A stretch of DNA of 5,837 nt from Nanobdellota archaeon. Its GTDB lineage: Archaea; Nanobdellota; Nanobdellia; B33-G15. Positions 4,039-5,837 of the stretch are shown here, one piece after another. The notes beneath the pieces were generated by a model, which saw only the letters and a program-made list of their open reading frames with translations, ran no database searches and had not been told where the DNA came from. The stretch lies in the NCBI GenBank assembly GCA_003660925.1, contig QMVD01000043.1, forward strand, positions 1-5,837, given 5' to 3'. How positions within the stretch are numbered: the first letter of the stretch is position 1; each line of letters opens with the position of its first letter. The position numbers and the translations under genes were made by a program.

Positions 4039-4314
4039 GTGGGCAAGAAGAAGTTGATCAAGTACTTCTTAAGGGAAAAACCGAGCATGATGTTAGTTAG
4101 GCTAAGGGACAAATCCAAACCCAGGTATCCCAGCATAATCGCTAAGGAAGTGGACTGCACCTATGCCCACACCGTGAGAGTCCTCCAAGAATTGGAAAAA
4201 CACGGCCTCATCACGTTCGAGAAGAAAGGGAGGAGGAAGATAATAAGGCTCACGAAGGAGGGGCAAGAAATTGCGGATTCTCTCCTGAAGCTCATCAACC
4301 TTCTGGAAAAGTAG
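4039..4314 (+). CDS. Small winged-helix DNA-binding protein (MarR/ArsR-like, 91 aa from the GTG start)
   Basis: YPSIIAKEVDCTYAHTVRVLQELEKHGLITFEKKGRRKIIRLTKEGQEIA has a helix-turn-helix followed by a beta-wing (F-EKKGRRK-I) and a C-terminal helix. The N-terminus is basic (GKKK). The start is uncertain. GTG 4039 is preceded by GGGGTGG (4027-4033), which resembles GGAGGTG. In-frame alternatives are TTG 4054 and ATG 4087. Stop TAG at 4312-4314. Confidence 0.7.
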   Translation: MGKKKLIKYFLREKPSMMLVRLRDKSKPRYPSIIAKEVDCTYAHTVRVLQELEKHGLITFEKKGRRKIIRLTKEGQEIADSLLKLINLLEK

Positions 4315-4720
4315 ACTCCACGGCCTCCGCGTATTCCTTGACTCTCCTCAAGATGGGGGAAAGCACGAATTCCTCCATTCCCTCTATCAGGGAAGGGAGG
4401 TCCATCCACTCCCTCATCCTATAACCCCAGTCGTACTTCTCCACCAACCCCAGTTCCCTCAACCTTCTCAAGTGTCTCCTCACATTCGGCGGGGAGACCT
4501 TCGTGAGTTCCACCAAATCTCTCACTTGGAGCAATTTCCTCTCTCTTCTCGCCCTTAGGAGTTCCCTCACCACTTTCAACACGTCATTCCTGGAGTCCCC
4601 TGGCTGGAGGAGACCTACGGACATTAAAAATTTCCTCAAGAGCTCCTCAAAATCCCCATAAGGCCTCTCGAACTTCCTCAGGGTCACCTGGATTATGGGG
4701 AGTTCTTTGTGCACCTTCAT
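4295..4720 (-). CDS. Winged-helix (ArsR-like HTH) protein, 141 aa, with uncharacterised N- and C-terminal extensions
   Basis: The HTH core is LLQVRDLVELTKVSPPNVRRHLRRLRELGLVEKYDWGYRM. I place the start at the internal ATG at 4720 (MKVHKELPII...) rather than the track's 4861. The 47-codon extension would run through the AT-rich promoter and overlap the divergent 2-TM ORF. Stop TGA at 4295-4297 (minus strand). Confidence 0.7.
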   Translation of the reverse strand: MKVHKELPIIQVTLRKFERPYGDFEELLRKFLMSVGLLQPGDSRNDVLKVVRELLRARRERKLLQVRDLVELTKVSPPNVRRHLRRLRELGLVEKYDWGYRMREWMDLPSLIEGMEEFVLSPILRRVKEYAEAVESTFPEG

Positions 4721-4730
4721 CTGAAAAACC

Positions 4731-4753
4731 TTAATAAAAGGGGATAGATAAAG
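4731..4753. promoter_or_regulatory. Back-to-back divergent promoters in a 39-bp spacer
   Basis: On the plus strand, TTAATAAAA (4731-4739) occupies -29..-21 relative to ATG 4760. On the minus strand, TTTATCTAT (4752->4744) occupies -32..-24 relative to ATG 4720. The whole spacer (4721-4759) is essentially filled by the two boxes. Confidence 0.45.
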
Positions 4754-4759
4754 ATTTGC

Positions 4760-5032
4760 ATGGAGATTCAGGCCAATCAGCTGATTCTTGGTGCCACCGT
4801 CGTCTTCATCGTCGGCCTCCTGGTGTTCTCGGTCATATTTCAGGCCGTGAGCATAATGCAACAGATGAAGCAGAATATGGGATACAATTTAACTCAAGAA
4901 GACTTGATGATTGCTCAGACATTGGCCATTATCCCTAGCATCTTGGCCCTCTTCTACTTCTCCTTCGTAGGAGTGGTGATATGGTATGTCATGAAGAAGT
5001 CGAGGGAAAAAGCGGAGAGGGAGTACATCTAG
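4760..5032 (+). CDS. Small membrane protein, two predicted TM helices (90 aa), function unknown
   Basis: The two hydrophobic segments are LILGATVVFIVGLLVFSVIFQAV and IAQTLAIIPSILALFYFSFVGVVIWYVM. They are separated by a polar loop (QQMKQNMGYNLTQEDL) and followed by a charged tail (KKSREKAEREYI). The ATG sits at the leaderless distance from a TATA-like box. Stop TAG at 5030-5032. Confidence 0.55.
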   Translation: MEIQANQLILGATVVFIVGLLVFSVIFQAVSIMQQMKQNMGYNLTQEDLMIAQTLAIIPSILALFYFSFVGVVIWYVMKKSREKAEREYI

Positions 5033-5035
5033 CGC

Positions 5036-5048
5036 AAAGTTTATTTAA
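5036..5048 (+). promoter_or_regulatory. BRE/TATA-like box for the FBP aldolase/phosphatase gene (leaderless geometry)
   Basis: AAAGTTTATTTAA at 5036-5048. The AT core 5040-5048 occupies -30..-22 relative to the A of ATG 5070. Confidence 0.55.
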
Positions 5049-5069
5049 CCCTATCAAGTTTAACCCTTC

Positions 5070-5837
5070 ATGAAAATCACACTCAGCGTGATAAAAGCGG
5101 ATGTTGGAGGTTTCGTCGGACACTCTGGTTCTCACCCGGAGATCTTGGAACTAGCGAAGAAGGAGCTCGAAAAAGCGAGGAAAAGGGGACTCCTAATAGA
5201 TTATCATGTGACTGCATGCGGAGACGACTTGGAGTTGATCATGACCCACAAGAGGGGAGAGAACAACGAAAAAATTCATAAACTCGCGTGGGACACCTTC
5301 GTGAAGGCAACGAAGCTCGCGAGGAAATTGAAGTTGTATGGTGGGGGACAGGATTTGTTGAAGAGCACTTTCTCCGGAAACATAAAGGGCATGGGTCCTG
5401 GAGTCGCAGAGATGGAATTCGAAGAGAGGCCCTCAGAGCCCGTGGTTGTTTTCATGGCAGACAAGACAGAGCCCGGGGCTTGGAACTATCCTCTGTACAA
5501 GATGTTCGCGGATCCCTTCAACACGCCTGGGTTGGTGATAGATCCGAACATGGAAAAAGGGTTCAGGTTTGAGGTCTATGACGTGAAGGAGCACAAGCGA
5601 ATAACCTTCGACGCTCCGGAGGAAATCTACGACCTCTTAGCATTCATAGGGGCAACTGGGAGGTACGTGATAAAGAGGGTGTTCAGGAGAATGGATGGGG
5701 AGATAGCTGCAGTATCCAGCACGGAGAGGCTTAGCCTCTTGGCAGGAAAGTACGTGGGAAAGGACGATCCCGTCTTAGTGGTGAGAGCTCAACATGGCTT
5801 CCCAGCCATCGGAGAGATAACCGAACCCTTCGCCTTC
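5070..5837 (+). CDS. fbp: Fructose-1,6-bisphosphate aldolase/phosphatase (archaeal class V FBPase), N-terminal 256 codons; 3' end lies outside the window
   Basis: This ORF is absent from the supplied track because it has no stop in the window. My own translation from ATG 5070 gives MKITLSVIKADVGGFVGHSGSHPEILE...DYHVTACGDDLELIMTHKRG...GGGQDLLKSTFSGNIKGMGPGVAEMEFEERPSEPVVVFMADKTEPGAWNYPLYKMFADPFNTPGLVIDPNMEKGFRFEVYDVKEHKRITF...YDLLAFIGATGRYVIKRV...LLAGKYVGKDDPVLVVRAQHGFPAIGEITEPFAF. This matches the highly conserved blocks of the Thermococcus/Sulfolobus-type bifunctional FBP aldolase/phosphatase nearly residue for residue (SVIKAD.G, DDL.LIMTH, GQDLL...FSGN..G.GPG.AEME, F.ADKTEPGA.N.P.Y.MFADPFNT.GLVIDP, GKYVGKDDPV). 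Confidence 0.96.
   Translation, partial: MKITLSVIKADVGGFVGHSGSHPEILELAKKELEKARKRGLLIDYHVTACGDDLELIMTHKRGENNEKIHKLAWDTFVKATKLARKLKLYGGGQDLLKSTFSGNIKGMGPGVAEMEFEERPSEPVVVFMADKTEPGAWNYPLYKMFADPFNTPGLVIDPNMEKGFRFEVYDVKEHKRITFDAPEEIYDLLAFIGATGRYVIKRVFRRMDGEIAAVSSTERLSLLAGKYVGKDDPVLVVRAQHGFPAIGEITEPFAF

Noticed and set aside
630-4757. AAATCTTT / AAAGATTT as a specific operator motif (3994-4001 plus; 4757->4750 minus; also the reverse complement of 630-637 in the tRNA-Ala promoter)
   Set aside because: Its presence in the tRNA-Ala promoter suggests it is largely a by-product of the generic AAAG + AT-rich promoter architecture, not a dedicated regulator site. Only the perfect 12-bp palindrome at 3996-4007 is retained as a candidate operator.
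4721-4861. 47-codon N-terminal extension of the wHTH gene (track start at 4861)
   Set aside because: The extension (MHYAHGLKYDREHQEADDEDDGG...) crosses the AT-rich TATA-like region and overlaps the better-supported two-TM ORF on the other strand. The internal ATG at 4720 has a promoter box at the appropriate distance. This could be overturned by N-terminal proteomics.
4161-5572. Remaining track ORFs 4161..4409 (minus), 4756..4938 (plus), 5276..5464 (minus) and 5288..5572 (plus)
   Set aside because: All are out-of-frame or antisense to better-supported genes (the wHTH pair, the two-TM ORF and the FBP aldolase/phosphatase). None has a distinctive composition or motifs.
1-5837. CRISPR arrays, long direct or inverted repeats, IS elements, rRNA genes
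   Set aside because: Reading by eye, I found no spaced repeat units, no terminal inverted repeats with a transposase, and no rRNA-like segments. A computational repeat search would be needed to exclude short dispersed repeats.

Overview
This looks like a very compact archaeal, hyperthermophile-style housekeeping locus. The evidence is K/E/R-rich proteins, BRE/TATA-type promoters, tRNA genes without encoded CCA, and a bulge-helix-bulge tRNA intron. Left to right, the window contains: (1) the 3' part of an MFS permease that enters from the left edge; (2) tRNA-Arg(UCG); (3) tRNA-Ala(CGC); (4) a short arginase-fold ureohydrolase of the agmatinase family, whose ORF begins on the nucleotide after tRNA-Ala; (5) arginyl-tRNA synthetase; (6) a second tRNA-Arg(GCG), interrupted by a 20-nt non-canonical intron in the T-loop that folds into a textbook helix-bulge-helix-bulge-helix motif; (7) a small radical-SAM enzyme on the minus strand; (8) a mini winged-helix protein on the plus strand; (9) a 141-aa winged-helix protein on the minus strand that overlaps it convergently; (10) a divergent 90-aa two-TM protein; (11) the first 256 codons of fructose-1,6-bisphosphate aldolase/phosphatase. 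That last ORF runs off the right edge and is missing from the supplied ORF track. Almost every transcription unit, tRNAs included, has an AAAG + AT-rich box at about -29..-22 from the ATG or tRNA +1. This implies leaderless mRNAs and possibly leaderless tRNAs. I see no CRISPR array, mobile element, integrase or recognisable defence or toxin module, and no clear novel multi-gene system. The most unusual items are the T-loop intron, the promoter register shared by tRNAs and mRNAs, the zero-spacer tRNA-Ala/CDS junction, the arginine-themed gene cluster, and two uncharacterised wHTH-centred gene pairs. All family calls come from motif recognition by eye; no database search was possible.
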